64,000 bases of DNA from Minisyncoccota bacterium (GCA_041666225.1 JBAYHJ010000001.1:65881-129880), one strand, 5' to 3'. Positions 16,655 through 26,015 are shown, counted from the first letter of the stretch. Made by a program: numbers and translations. The notes: generated from the letters alone by a model not told the origin.

Positions 16655-19570
16655 ATGAAAAGATTTTTACCATACATTTTAATATTGACGATTCTAGTGC
16701 AACTCCTTGCGCCTTTTAGTGTTGGCAGTGGAGTGAAAATTAATAAAGCCGAAGCAGCAGATTGTGTAATTAATGATGTTTTATTTAATCCTCTTACGGC
16801 ACTGCCAGACAAAAAACCAACCAGTGTAACTCTTCATATTTGGACGAGTGGTTGTGCTGGGCAAATAATTAGTGGACTAGGTCTTAATTTAAAAGATGAG
16901 GGGAAAAACTCTGTTTTATTGGTAGTTCCACGACAGGGGATAGTTTTAGATAAATTTTCTTTTCAATTAAAAACAGGGGAATACGGTTGTGGTACTGATA
17001 AAAAATGTGAAAATGTATCTGTTGATTTTACTATTATTGACAACAAGGGAGCAGTCTTGGCTACATATTCCTCAACTCAAGGTGGCTCAAAAAGAGACGA
17101 CGGAGCAGACATTATGTCTTATTTGTGTACAAAAAATGGAACAGAGTCTGATTGTAATAATACTGAGAAGTGGGAGTTTGTTTCTTCTGTTGGAACTGAT
17201 CAATCTGTTGGAGGTGCGACTACAACAGAAAAAGATGTTTGGTATTTTGAAAGTAAAAATGCAACAGGGGTTGTTGTTTTTACTTCAACAGAATATTCAT
17301 CTATTGAAACATGTACATTGGAAAGTGATGATAGGGCAAAAAATTTTAAAGATGAAAAAGTAGGTGATTGTGTATCAAAAAAAGTTGTTGTTGTTCGTGG
17401 TAATGAAGAAACACTTAATGATACAGATTCAAATCCATTGGACTGTGGAATAAGAAATTTTAAAGGCTGTGTGGCAATGGTTCCATATTATTTATTATTT
17501 GTACCAACTTCAGCGGTTTTCACAATAGCAGGGAAAATGCTTGATTTTACTTTGGGGTATTCTATTCAGGATAAATCATATCGTTCAACATTTGTTGTTG
17601 AAGGATGGGGAATTGTTCGAGACTTTTGTAATATGTTCTTTATTTTCATTTTGCTTTATATTGCTTTTGGAACTATTTTAAATCTTCACAGTGTTAAAAC
17701 AAAAGAAATGATTATAAATGTTGTAATCATTGGGCTTTTAATAAACTTTAGTTTATTTGCCACACAAGTAATTGTTGACGCTTCAAATATATTGACGCGG
17801 GTGTTTTATAATTCAGAGACAATCAAAATAGTTGAAAAGAATGCAGATGGAACAATCAAAGAACCTGTTCCTGGTAGTTATATAAAACTTTCTGAAGCTA
17901 TTGTCTCAAAAGTAAATCCCCAAGAACTAGTTTTGAGGGCTGGTACTGTTGGTTACATACAAGATAAAGGGGGTTTGTCTACACCCCCAGAAGCAGGAAA
18001 AATTGGTCTTGGTACGCTTATTTTAGTTATATTACTTGCAACAGCGGTAAACATTGTTGGAATAATAGTATTCGTATCTGTCTCTTTGATTTTCGTGACA
18101 AGAGTTATTGGGCTTTGGCTTGCTATGATATTTTCTCCTTTTGTATTTTTCAGCTACACCGTTCCATCATTGCAAGACATGGAAATGGTTGGTTGGAAAA
18201 AATGGTGGCCAGAAACTTTAAAACTTGCTTTTCTGGCTCCTGTTTTTATGTTTTTTATGTATCTAATTGTTAAGTTTTTGAATCTAAAACTTGATATTAT
18301 AAATACCACGGGGAAATCTGGGCCGGATTTCGTTGTTTCAATATTATTACCATTTGCTTTTATAATGATACTTCTCTGGAAAGCAAAAGATATTGCCAAA
18401 GACATGTCTGGTAAAATGGGCCAAACAATAACAAACGGAATTGCTGCTGCAGGAGGAATTGCACTGGGTGGAGCTGCATTGGGAACAGCAGTGTTGGGAA
18501 GAAGGGTAATTGGACAGACAATGGCAAAAGCATCAAGGGGAGATACTGCTACGCAGAAATACCAAGCTGCATTAGGAGATCCAGCAGCTATGGCTAAATT
18601 AACTAATTGGCAGAAACTAAAAGGAGGTGTTGGTTCAGCAGTAGGAATGGGTAAGGTCTATGGTACTGATAAGGGTAATATTGACCCACTAACAGGTAAA
18701 CCTATTGGGGTTGAGGGTGGTATTGGTGGGGCTCTAAATAAAAAACAGAAAGCTGTTGGGGATGTAGATAGTGCTCGACACAAAGAAGATGAATTAAAGA
18801 AAGCAAGTGGATTAGAAGGTGTTGATAACAGTAAACTATCTGGTAATGATATTAACACGATGGAAGGTAAGTTTAAAGAAACAGAACGATCTAATGCAGA
18901 AGCTGCCGCAAGAAAGGGAGTTGACGCTAAAGGAAAAGCAATATCAATAGAAGATGATAAAGGAATTTCATATCGAGGTGAAGAAGAATTCAAAAAAGCA
19001 AAGATGGAAAAGATGATACAAGACAGAAAAGACCTTGGAAATGATGATGATTTTGTAAAAGAAAAGGTAAGAGATAAAAAGGGTAATGTTATTAGAGAAG
19101 AAAGAACAGATCAATTAAAACCTGAAATATTAGACGGCATCAAGAATGAATTAAATATTAAATTAAGTGCTGCTGTTAAAATAGCTGCTGACAATAAACT
19201 TGTTGAGGACTTTGGTAAAATGAGAGAAAACGCCTCAAAACACGTCAACCCAATTAACAGAGTAATTGCTGGATCAAATAAATATAGTTATGACGCTAGA
19301 AAATTATCTGATATCAAATCAGATAAAAGAGAGGGGTTCTTTGCAAAAGTCCCAGTCGCTCTTATAGCGGGTATCGCAACAGGTGTTAGAGCTGGTATAA
19401 AAAATATTGGGCTAAGCAATGGAGGTGTAAAAGTTGAAGGTAATTTTATGAAAGATTTAGGAAATACAATTAGTGATTCATTAAAGAGTATGAAGGTTAA
19501 TGTAGACCTAAGCCATGTTGGAGAAACAAAAAGTAGTGCCGATGCACATGCAGGAGGAGCACATCATTAA
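16655..19570 (+). CDS. Large polytopic membrane protein, possible VirB6/TrbL-like T4SS channel component with long extracytoplasmic N-domain and G/K-rich C-tail
   Basis: Signal peptide MKRFLPYILILTILVQLLAPFSV, a ~290-aa Cys-containing domain, then six or more hydrophobic helices between aa ~290 and 620. The ATG at 16655 was chosen over the TTG at 16619. Confidence 0.35.
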   Translation: MKRFLPYILILTILVQLLAPFSVGSGVKINKAEAADCVINDVLFNPLTALPDKKPTSVTLHIWTSGCAGQIISGLGLNLKDEGKNSVLLVVPRQGIVLDKFSFQLKTGEYGCGTDKKCENVSVDFTIIDNKGAVLATYSSTQGGSKRDDGADIMSYLCTKNGTESDCNNTEKWEFVSSVGTDQSVGGATTTEKDVWYFESKNATGVVVFTSTEYSSIETCTLESDDRAKNFKDEKVGDCVSKKVVVVRGNEETLNDTDSNPLDCGIRNFKGCVAMVPYYLLFVPTSAVFTIAGKMLDFTLGYSIQDKSYRSTFVVEGWGIVRDFCNMFFIFILLYIAFGTILNLHSVKTKEMIINVVIIGLLINFSLFATQVIVDASNILTRVFYNSETIKIVEKNADGTIKEPVPGSYIKLSEAIVSKVNPQELVLRAGTVGYIQDKGGLSTPPEAGKIGLGTLILVILLATAVNIVGIIVFVSVSLIFVTRVIGLWLAMIFSPFVFFSYTVPSLQDMEMVGWKKWWPETLKLAFLAPVFMFFMYLIVKFLNLKLDIINTTGKSGPDFVVSILLPFAFIMILLWKAKDIAKDMSGKMGQTITNGIAAAGGIALGGAALGTAVLGRRVIGQTMAKASRGDTATQKYQAALGDPAAMAKLTNWQKLKGGVGSAVGMGKVYGTDKGNIDPLTGKPIGVEGGIGGALNKKQKAVGDVDSARHKEDELKKASGLEGVDNSKLSGNDINTMEGKFKETERSNAEAAARKGVDAKGKAISIEDDKGISYRGEEEFKKAKMEKMIQDRKDLGNDDDFVKEKVRDKKGNVIREERTDQLKPEILDGIKNELNIKLSAAVKIAADNKLVEDFGKMRENASKHVNPINRVIAGSNKYSYDARKLSDIKSDKREGFFAKVPVALIAGIATGVRAGIKNIGLSNGGVKVEGNFMKDLGNTISDSLKSMKVNVDLSHVGETKSSADAHAGGAHH

Positions 19571-19581
19571 AAAAACAAATT

Positions 19582-20184
19582 ATGGATCAAACACAATTAC
19601 AACAAAATATCGCTAAATACTATGCAAAACTTCCTAGTGATTTACAGCAATCTTTTTCGAGTATGGCCTGGATGGAAGATTTAAAAAATATTAGTACTAA
19701 ATATTCTCTTACCAATGAACAAACTGAGACCCTAGCAACAGAAACAACACTAGTTTTACTTGGTATTGTTCATCTGGAAGATTATGTTTTGACTCTTAAA
19801 AATGATTTAAAATTAAATGACGAAACTTTTAATAAAATATTAGATGATTTAGACGCAAATATTCTAAAAGACACCAAAGATGATCTTGTTAAAACATTTG
19901 AGTTAAATATTGAATTATTGGAAAAAGAAAATAGTAATAAAGAAAAAGAAATAATTAAAACAAATGAAGATGAAGTACCATTGCCACCATACGCAGAAGT
20001 AATTAAGAATGACGAATTACCAATTACAAAAGTTGAAATACCTAAGGGAATAGAAGTAAAACCAGAAATTAGTATTGCTCCGAAAAATATTTTTGAAGAA
20101 AAAATGAAAGGAGCAACAGTAAGCACTCAAACCGTTTCTGATTATTCTGTCACAAAAAAAGATCCATATAGAGAGGAGTTCTAA
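19582..20184 (+). CDS. Hypothetical protein
   Basis: 200-aa ORF, tightly packed in the operon. Confidence 0.4.
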   Translation: MDQTQLQQNIAKYYAKLPSDLQQSFSSMAWMEDLKNISTKYSLTNEQTETLATETTLVLLGIVHLEDYVLTLKNDLKLNDETFNKILDDLDANILKDTKDDLVKTFELNIELLEKENSNKEKEIIKTNEDEVPLPPYAEVIKNDELPITKVEIPKGIEVKPEISIAPKNIFEEKMKGATVSTQTVSDYSVTKKDPYREEF

Positions 20185-20215
20185 AAAATTAAGACTTAAC
20201 AATTATGAATTAGGA

Positions 20216-20566
20216 ATGAAAGAAGATAATATAATTAAAGAAAAAAGTTATAATTTTAGTCTTAAAATTATAAAAACATACCAAGAATTAACAATAGATA
20301 AAAAAGAGTTTATTCTTTCAAAACAACTAATTCGTTCAGGAACATCTATCGGGGCTAACGTAGAAGAATCAATCGGTGCTCAATCAAAAAATGATTTTAT
20401 ATCAAAAATAAGTATTTCTTACAAAGAGGCAAGGGAAACACTTTATTGGTTACATCTTTTAACAGATAGTGGTTTTCTAAAAAAGGAACAATCTGATACA
20501 CTTATATTTGATTGTGAAGAATTATTAAAAATACTCGGTTCTATTTTAAGAACATCTAAGTCGTGA
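20216..20566 (+). CDS. Four-helix-bundle protein (23S rRNA intervening-sequence protein family)
   Basis: QLIRSGTSIGANVEE signature and the ETLYWL motif. Confidence 0.7.
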   Translation: MKEDNIIKEKSYNFSLKIIKTYQELTIDKKEFILSKQLIRSGTSIGANVEESIGAQSKNDFISKISISYKEARETLYWLHLLTDSGFLKKEQSDTLIFDCEELLKILGSILRTSKS

Positions 20567-20570
20567 GTGT

Positions 20571-20610
20571 ATAATTATTAATTCTTAATTATTAATTCTT
20601 AATTAATCCA
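20571..20610. repeat. AT-rich dispersed repeat, reverse orientation (ATAATTATTAATTCTTAATTATTAATTCTTAATTAATCC)
   Basis: Reverse complement of the AATTAAGAATTAATAATTAAGAATT unit. Confidence 0.7.
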
Positions 20611-20612
20611 AG

Positions 20613-21020
20613 GTGCAATTCAAAGTCCCACAATTTATCGACGTTGAAGACAAACTTTTTGGTCCTTTCACCTTTCGCCAATTCGCATACCTCGCAGGCG
20701 GAGCAGGAGCAATTTTTGTCTTATATAAATTACTTCCTTTATGGATTAGTATTTTTCTAATTATCCCAATGGCAGTTCTAACTGGTCTTTTGGTTTTTTA
20801 TAAAATAAACGAAAAACCTTTTATTTTTTACCTTCAAGCTGGATTTGAATATTTAACTTCAAGTAAGCTATATATTTGGAAACAGCGCTTGGCAAAACCT
20901 GGAAACAAAGAGACAGAAACAGAAACACCTCTTCCTATGGTATCAATAGTTCCAATGACAACAGAAAATAAATTAAAAGATTTGTCATGGAGTTTAGACG
21001 TTAAGGACAAAAACAAGTAG
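20613..21020 (+). CDS. PrgI-family (VirB3-like) T4SS membrane protein; GTG start
   Basis: N-terminal KVPQFIDVEDKLFGPFTFRQFAYLAGGAGAIFVLY matches the PrgI pattern (KVP...EK...T.RQ...G.GAA), and two TM helices follow. Confidence 0.55.
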   Translation: MQFKVPQFIDVEDKLFGPFTFRQFAYLAGGAGAIFVLYKLLPLWISIFLIIPMAVLTGLLVFYKINEKPFIFYLQAGFEYLTSSKLYIWKQRLAKPGNKETETETPLPMVSIVPMTTENKLKDLSWSLDVKDKNK

Positions 21021-21034
21021 TAACTTGTTTTTGT
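21008..21034 (+). terminator. Hairpin overlapping stop codon (aaaaACAAGTagtaACTTGTtttt)
   Basis: 6-bp stem flanked by A-run and T-run; could act in either direction. Confidence 0.4.
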
Positions 21035-21035
21035 T

Positions 21036-21140
21036 AATTAATAATTAGGAATTAAGAATTAAGAATTGGGCTAAAAAGTATGATATAATATTAGTAGTTA
21101 TGAATTCTTAATTCCTAATTATTAATTCTTAATTATTTAA
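21036..21140. repeat. Inverted pair of the AT-rich repeat (AATAATTAGGAATTAAGAATT ... AATTCTTAATTCCTAATTATT) flanking a TGATATAAT -10-like core
   Basis: Arms of about 22 bp at 21044-21066 and 21105-21127. The 36-nt centre contains gTATGATATAAT. Confidence 0.65.
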
Positions 21141-21142
21141 AT

Positions 21143-21793
21143 ATGATTAGTGCAAAAAGTTCTCAAGAGTTTGTTCCAATTAAAGAAGTTCGAAACGGCA
21201 TCATTGTCCTTAAAGATGGTGGTCTTCGTGCAATTCTTCTTGCTTCTTCTTTAAATCTTTCTTTAAAATCGTCCGATGAACAAGCTGCTATTATAAATGA
21301 ATTTCAAAATTTTCTAAATGGATTGGATTTCCCCACACAAATATCTATGCAATCACGCCGACTAGATATCCGCCCATATCTTTTAACCTTAGAAGCAAGA
21401 ATAAAAGAACAAGTTGAGCCACTTTTAAAAATACAAACGAAAGAATACATAGACTTTATTCGGTCTTTCACTGATGAAGTAAACATCATGACAAAAACTT
21501 TTTTTATCGTCGTTCCTTATAGTCCCACAATCATAAAATCTAGTGACAGTATGATGAATAGTTTACTTGGAGGAAGTTCTGAAAAAAAACAAATTGAAAA
21601 TACAAAAAAAGCCATGGATTTGGCTTCATTTGAAGAAAAGAGAACTCAACTTGATCAAAGGGTTGGAGTCATCATTGGAGGCTTGGGTAGAATTGGGATC
21701 AGAACAGAACAACTTAAAACAGATCAGGTTGTTGAACTTTTTTATAAAACATTTAACCCAGGAGATATTAGTCAGGGAATTAAATTACAATAA
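21143..21793 (+). CDS. VirB4 N-terminal (CagE/TrbE/VirB-type) domain protein; same frame as the downstream ATPase ORF, separated by one TAA
   Basis: VPIKEVRNGIIVLKDGGLRAILLASSLNLSLKSSDEQAAIINEFQNFLNGLDFPTQISMQSRRLD resembles the VirB4 N-terminal family pattern (DG.l.av.e..G...l.sd.e.e.....f...l..l......Q....R). Stop TAA at 21791-21793, then F-I, then ATG 21800 in the same frame. Confidence 0.45.
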   Translation: MISAKSSQEFVPIKEVRNGIIVLKDGGLRAILLASSLNLSLKSSDEQAAIINEFQNFLNGLDFPTQISMQSRRLDIRPYLLTLEARIKEQVEPLLKIQTKEYIDFIRSFTDEVNIMTKTFFIVVPYSPTIIKSSDSMMNSLLGGSSEKKQIENTKKAMDLASFEEKRTQLDQRVGVIIGGLGRIGIRTEQLKTDQVVELFYKTFNPGDISQGIKLQ

Positions 21794-21799
21794 TTTATT

Positions 21800-23638
21800 A
21801 TGGGAATATTTTCATCTATATTTAAAAAGAAAGGGGACATAAACACTCAAAACAAAAGTGGTGTTATGCCAATGCTTCCAAGTGAAGTATATAAAGCAGC
21901 GACACTTGAGCTTCAAGACATTATCGCTCCATCTGCTCTCCAAATAACACCAAAATCGCTAAACTTGGGAGACAAAATAGCCAGAACTTTCTTTGTCATA
22001 TCATATCCAAGATACCTAAGTGACAACTGGTTTTCTCCAATTATAAACTTGGATAAAGTTTTTGATGTTTCTATTTTTATTCATCCTATTGAGACTGCTG
22101 AAATACTTAGATCCTTCCAGAAAAAAGTTGCTGAAGTTCAAAGTCAGATTTCTATTCGTGAATCAAAAGGTCTTGTTCGTGATCCAATGCTAGATACTGC
22201 ATATAAAGATCTTGAAGACCTTCGCGACAACCTAATGCAAGCTCAAGAAAAAATGTTTGATGTTGGGCTTTATATTACAATCTACGCTGAAAATGATAAT
22301 GATTTATTTAAAATTGAAAATGAAATAAAATCTCTTCTTGAATCAAAGCTCATTTATTTAAAACCTGCTCTTTTCCAACAAAATGAAGGTTTTAAGAGTG
22401 TTATTCCTCTTGGAACTGACATTTTAGGTATTCATCAAAAGCTCAATACTGAACCACTTTCAAGCATCTTTCCTTTCGTTTCGTTTGATCTAACTGAAGA
22501 CAAAGGAATACTTTATGGGGTTAACCGCCACAATTCAAGTTTAATTCTTTTTGATAGATTTTCTCTTCCAAACTACAATTCAATAACTTTTGCTACCGCT
22601 GGAGCAGGAAAATCTTACGCCACAAAGCTGGAAATTATTCGTACTCTTATGTTTGATACTGAAGTTATCGTCATAGACCCAGAAAGGGAATATGAATATT
22701 TAGCAGAAGCCGTCGGTGGTAGATACTTCAATATTGCTCTTTCGTCAGATCACCACATCAACCCTTTTGATTTACCAATACCGACAGGAGACGAAACAGG
22801 AGCCGATGTCTTGCGAGCAAATACCATAAATCTAGTAGGCTTGTTTCGTATTATGCTTGGAGGACTTACCCCAGAAGAAGATTCCATCATAGATACGGCA
22901 ATCACAGAAACATATGCGCTTAAAGATATTACTTCTGATTCAGATTTTCGAAACATCGAACCACCTATGTTGTCCGACTTCGAGGTTGTTCTCTCTGGGA
23001 TGGAGGGAAGTGAATCTTTGATGCAACGTTTGATTAAATACACCCATGGTTCTTGGGCATCTTTCCTCAATCAACCATCAAACGTCGATATCAATCGTAA
23101 GTTTATTGTTTTTTCCGTTCGAGACATGGAAGACGAATTGAAACCTGTTGCTATGTATATTGTCACTCACTATATTTGGAATGCTATTCGTAAAAATATT
23201 AAAAAGAGATTGTTGGTAGTAGACGAGGCTTGGTGGATGATGAAGTCAGAAGACACTGCTTCTTTCCTTTACTCTATTGCTAAGCGTGGAAGAAAATACT
23301 ATTTGGGGCTTGCAACCATTACTCAAGATGTAGGGGATTTTATGAAAAGCCCTTATGGTATTCCTATTGTTACAAACTCTTCTATTCAACTTCTTCTTAA
23401 ACAATCCCCGGCAACCATAGATGTACTCCAAAAAACTTTCAATCTGACAGATGAAGAAAAGTATCTACTCTTGGAGGCAAATGTGGGAGAGGGTATATTC
23501 TTTGCTGGATTGAAACACGTTGCCATCAAAACTATCGCATCTTACACCGAGGACCAGATCATTACTTCTGACCCTTCACAAATTCTTGCTATCAAAAAAG
23601 CCAAAAGTGATTTACTTGCGTCAAACAGTAGTAATTAA
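21800..23638 (+). CDS. virB4: VirB4/TrbE/TrsE-family T4SS ATPase (C-terminal part or full protein)
   Basis: Walker A in FATAGAGKSYATKLE, Walker B/DEAW in LLVVDEAWWMM, and a VirB4-like N-region (FFVISYPRYLSDNWF). Confidence 0.75.
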   Translation: MGIFSSIFKKKGDINTQNKSGVMPMLPSEVYKAATLELQDIIAPSALQITPKSLNLGDKIARTFFVISYPRYLSDNWFSPIINLDKVFDVSIFIHPIETAEILRSFQKKVAEVQSQISIRESKGLVRDPMLDTAYKDLEDLRDNLMQAQEKMFDVGLYITIYAENDNDLFKIENEIKSLLESKLIYLKPALFQQNEGFKSVIPLGTDILGIHQKLNTEPLSSIFPFVSFDLTEDKGILYGVNRHNSSLILFDRFSLPNYNSITFATAGAGKSYATKLEIIRTLMFDTEVIVIDPEREYEYLAEAVGGRYFNIALSSDHHINPFDLPIPTGDETGADVLRANTINLVGLFRIMLGGLTPEEDSIIDTAITETYALKDITSDSDFRNIEPPMLSDFEVVLSGMEGSESLMQRLIKYTHGSWASFLNQPSNVDINRKFIVFSVRDMEDELKPVAMYIVTHYIWNAIRKNIKKRLLVVDEAWWMMKSEDTASFLYSIAKRGRKYYLGLATITQDVGDFMKSPYGIPIVTNSSIQLLLKQSPATIDVLQKTFNLTDEEKYLLLEANVGEGIFFAGLKHVAIKTIASYTEDQIITSDPSQILAIKKAKSDLLASNSSN

Positions 23639-23639
23639 T

Positions 23640-23670
23640 CCCCAGATAGTGCTTTAAGCCCTATCTGGGG
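23640..23670 (+). terminator. GC-clamped hairpin (CCCCAGATAG-11nt-CTATCTGGGG) after virB4
   Basis: Perfect 10-bp stem with no strong T-run. It has the same 31-nt length and CCCCA/TGGGG ends as the REP-like palindrome. Confidence 0.4.
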
Positions 23671-23706
23671 AAGCTAAAGTTGTTTGATTTATAAGGTTAT
23701 TGTATA

Positions 23707-24711
23707 ATGTATAAAGTGAAAATTATAAAAATAAAATTTTTTCTAGTTTGGGTTTTTATTTTTGGAATAATTTGTATACCATCTTTTTCTTTTGCTGAAA
23801 TGCAAATAGAAGTGCAGAGTGATGAAGTTAATATAGAGATGAGTCCCAGAAACCCACAACCATATGACGATGTAACTATTACTCTTAGTAGTTACGCAAC
23901 TGATCTAAATAAGGCAATAATCGTTTGGAAAACTGGCTCAAGTACAGTTCTTTCGGGAATTGGTAAAACTAGTTATTCTTTTAAAGCGTCAGGGCCAAAT
24001 ACAACTAACTTTTTTGATATAAGTATTACTCCAGTTGGATCCATGAGTAATATAAATAAAAAAATTTCTATAACCCCCTCAGAAATTGAGATCATGTGGG
24101 AATCAGTAAATGGATACACACCTCCTTTTTATAGAGGAAAGTCACTTCCTTCAAGTGGTTCTTTTATCAAAGCTGTCGCAATCCCAAATACGAATACAAT
24201 AAAATCAGGGAGTGGTAGTATAACTTATAATTGGAAAAACAATGACAGTGCAGAAGTTGATTCTTCTGGATACAATAAAAATTCTTACATATTTAAAAAT
24301 AATATGTTTGATAATAAAAATGAAATAAGTGTAGTAGCTTCTTCTGTTGATGGAAAATATTCAGCTGAAAATTCAATACAAATACCTACATATAAACCAA
24401 AAATAATTTTTTACAAAAAGTCTCCAACTGAAGGCATTCTTTACAATAATGCACTCGACAAAGAAGCCTATATGTCTGAAGAAGAAATGACAATACTTGC
24501 TGAACCATACTTTTTGACTCTTCAAAACAATGAAAATGATTTAACTTACTCTTGGCAAATAAATGGAGAAAAAATAGTAACTCCTTCAAAGAAAAACGAA
24601 CTCACTGTCAGGCCAACTTCACGAGGTGGCTATGCTACTATTAATTTGATTATTGAAAATGTAAATGAATTATTCCAAGAAGTTAGTAATCAATTAAAAT
24701 TAAATTTATAA
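23707..24711 (+). CDS. Secreted hypothetical protein
   Basis: Signal peptide (FFLVWVFIFGIICIPSFSFA). The -10 TGTATAAT overlaps the annotated ATG, so the true start may be the downstream GTG at 23716. Confidence 0.45.
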   Translation: MYKVKIIKIKFFLVWVFIFGIICIPSFSFAEMQIEVQSDEVNIEMSPRNPQPYDDVTITLSSYATDLNKAIIVWKTGSSTVLSGIGKTSYSFKASGPNTTNFFDISITPVGSMSNINKKISITPSEIEIMWESVNGYTPPFYRGKSLPSSGSFIKAVAIPNTNTIKSGSGSITYNWKNNDSAEVDSSGYNKNSYIFKNNMFDNKNEISVVASSVDGKYSAENSIQIPTYKPKIIFYKKSPTEGILYNNALDKEAYMSEEEMTILAEPYFLTLQNNENDLTYSWQINGEKIVTPSKKNELTVRPTSRGGYATINLIIENVNELFQEVSNQLKLNL

Positions 24712-24712
24712 T

Positions 24713-26008
24713 ATGAAAAAAATATTTGTATCCATTTTTATAATAACTACAATTTTAACTCCATTGTTTTTTGTTAGTAAAATACAAAAAGTTGAAGCTG
24801 TAACCCCAAAAATTGATAGTATAAATAAGGTTACAGAAGTTAAACATGCAAATAATACTTGGGAATGGAATCTTAATATCCAAACAACTGATATCCCAGA
24901 CGGAACAGATGTTTGGGTTAATTTATATAAAGGAAGAACCCCTGGAGAAAATTTAATTAAAGCAATTGTAGCTCCTGATATAAAAGATAACATTTCAAGA
25001 TTTGGCACAGATTCTATTTTGGAAGATAATACTGATTACACGATTCAGGCTTCAGTATTATCACTGCCACGAACTTCTATTGTTTTCCGTGGAAAAACAA
25101 TAGAAGGGGATAAGGGTGATGTAGTTTATATAAACCCAGAAGAAAATAATGTTGATACTGGAATATACACCCTTCTTGCACCAATAGGAGATCTAAAAGT
25201 TGCTCCAGGTAATGTGGGTGATTATTTTAATATAATATTTAAAATAGCTATCGGCCTCTGTGGAGCTCTCGCTGTTATAATGATTGTTCTTGGTGGAATA
25301 CAATACATGGGTAATGAATCTATTTTTGGGCAAACAGAAGCAAAAAGTAAAATAACTGCCGCAATTCTTGGTCTATTGATTGCTCTTGGTGCTTATGCTC
25401 TTCTTAATACTATCAACCCAGACCTACTAGGTGGGGGAGGAGTACATATTGATCAGGTGAGTGCAGAAATACAAGAAGAACCAATATTATCAGATATAAA
25501 CACTCCAATTCCATCTGGATCATCAAACTCTTTCCCTTTTTGTAAGGGGGGTGTCAGAAAAACCGCAGTAAAAACAACTGCTGGGTATATGACATTTTGT
25601 TCAGCTTATTCATCTAAACTCCAAGAAATGATTTCTAGTGCATATCATGCTACTCCTAGTATTGCACTTGGAGGAGGAGCATTCAGGGATCCAGCAACAC
25701 AAATTGCCGCGAGAAGAAGAAATTGTGCCGATGTTTACAATACACCCTCAGAAAAATGTGTTCCCCCAACAGCAAAACCAGGAACATCTGCACATGAAAA
25801 TGGGCTTGCAGTTGATTTTACTTGTGATGGAACAACAATTAATTGGCAAACTAATACAAAAGCACCTGACTACCAACCTAAATATGCCCGTGTTCAAAAT
25901 ACAAAAAAATGTTTTGATTGGCTAACAGCTAATGCTAGTAAGTATGGGTTTAAAAATTATACAAGAGAAAACTGGCATTGGTCTACTGGGGATTTAGCTG
26001 GTCATTAA
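24713..26008 (+). CDS. Fusion protein: signal peptide + VirB2/TrbC-pilin-like double-TM segment + C-terminal VanY/M15 (LAS) peptidoglycan peptidase domain
   Basis: Double-TM FKIAIGLCGALAVIMIVLGGIQYMG...ITAAILGLLIALGAYALLNTINP. SAHENGLAVD matches SxHxxGxAxD exactly, and ENWHW gives the ExxH motif. Confidence 0.6.
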   Translation: MKKIFVSIFIITTILTPLFFVSKIQKVEAVTPKIDSINKVTEVKHANNTWEWNLNIQTTDIPDGTDVWVNLYKGRTPGENLIKAIVAPDIKDNISRFGTDSILEDNTDYTIQASVLSLPRTSIVFRGKTIEGDKGDVVYINPEENNVDTGIYTLLAPIGDLKVAPGNVGDYFNIIFKIAIGLCGALAVIMIVLGGIQYMGNESIFGQTEAKSKITAAILGLLIALGAYALLNTINPDLLGGGGVHIDQVSAEIQEEPILSDINTPIPSGSSNSFPFCKGGVRKTAVKTTAGYMTFCSAYSSKLQEMISSAYHATPSIALGGGAFRDPATQIAARRRNCADVYNTPSEKCVPPTAKPGTSAHENGLAVDFTCDGTTINWQTNTKAPDYQPKYARVQNTKKCFDWLTANASKYGFKNYTRENWHWSTGDLAGH

Positions 26009-26015
26009 TTAATTT

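Noticed and set aside
21567-21842. 91-aa ORF spanning the VirB4-N / VirB4 junction in another frame
   Set aside because: It overlaps two motif-bearing ORFs, and its composition is typical of an out-of-frame read. It is noted only because it bridges the in-frame stop.
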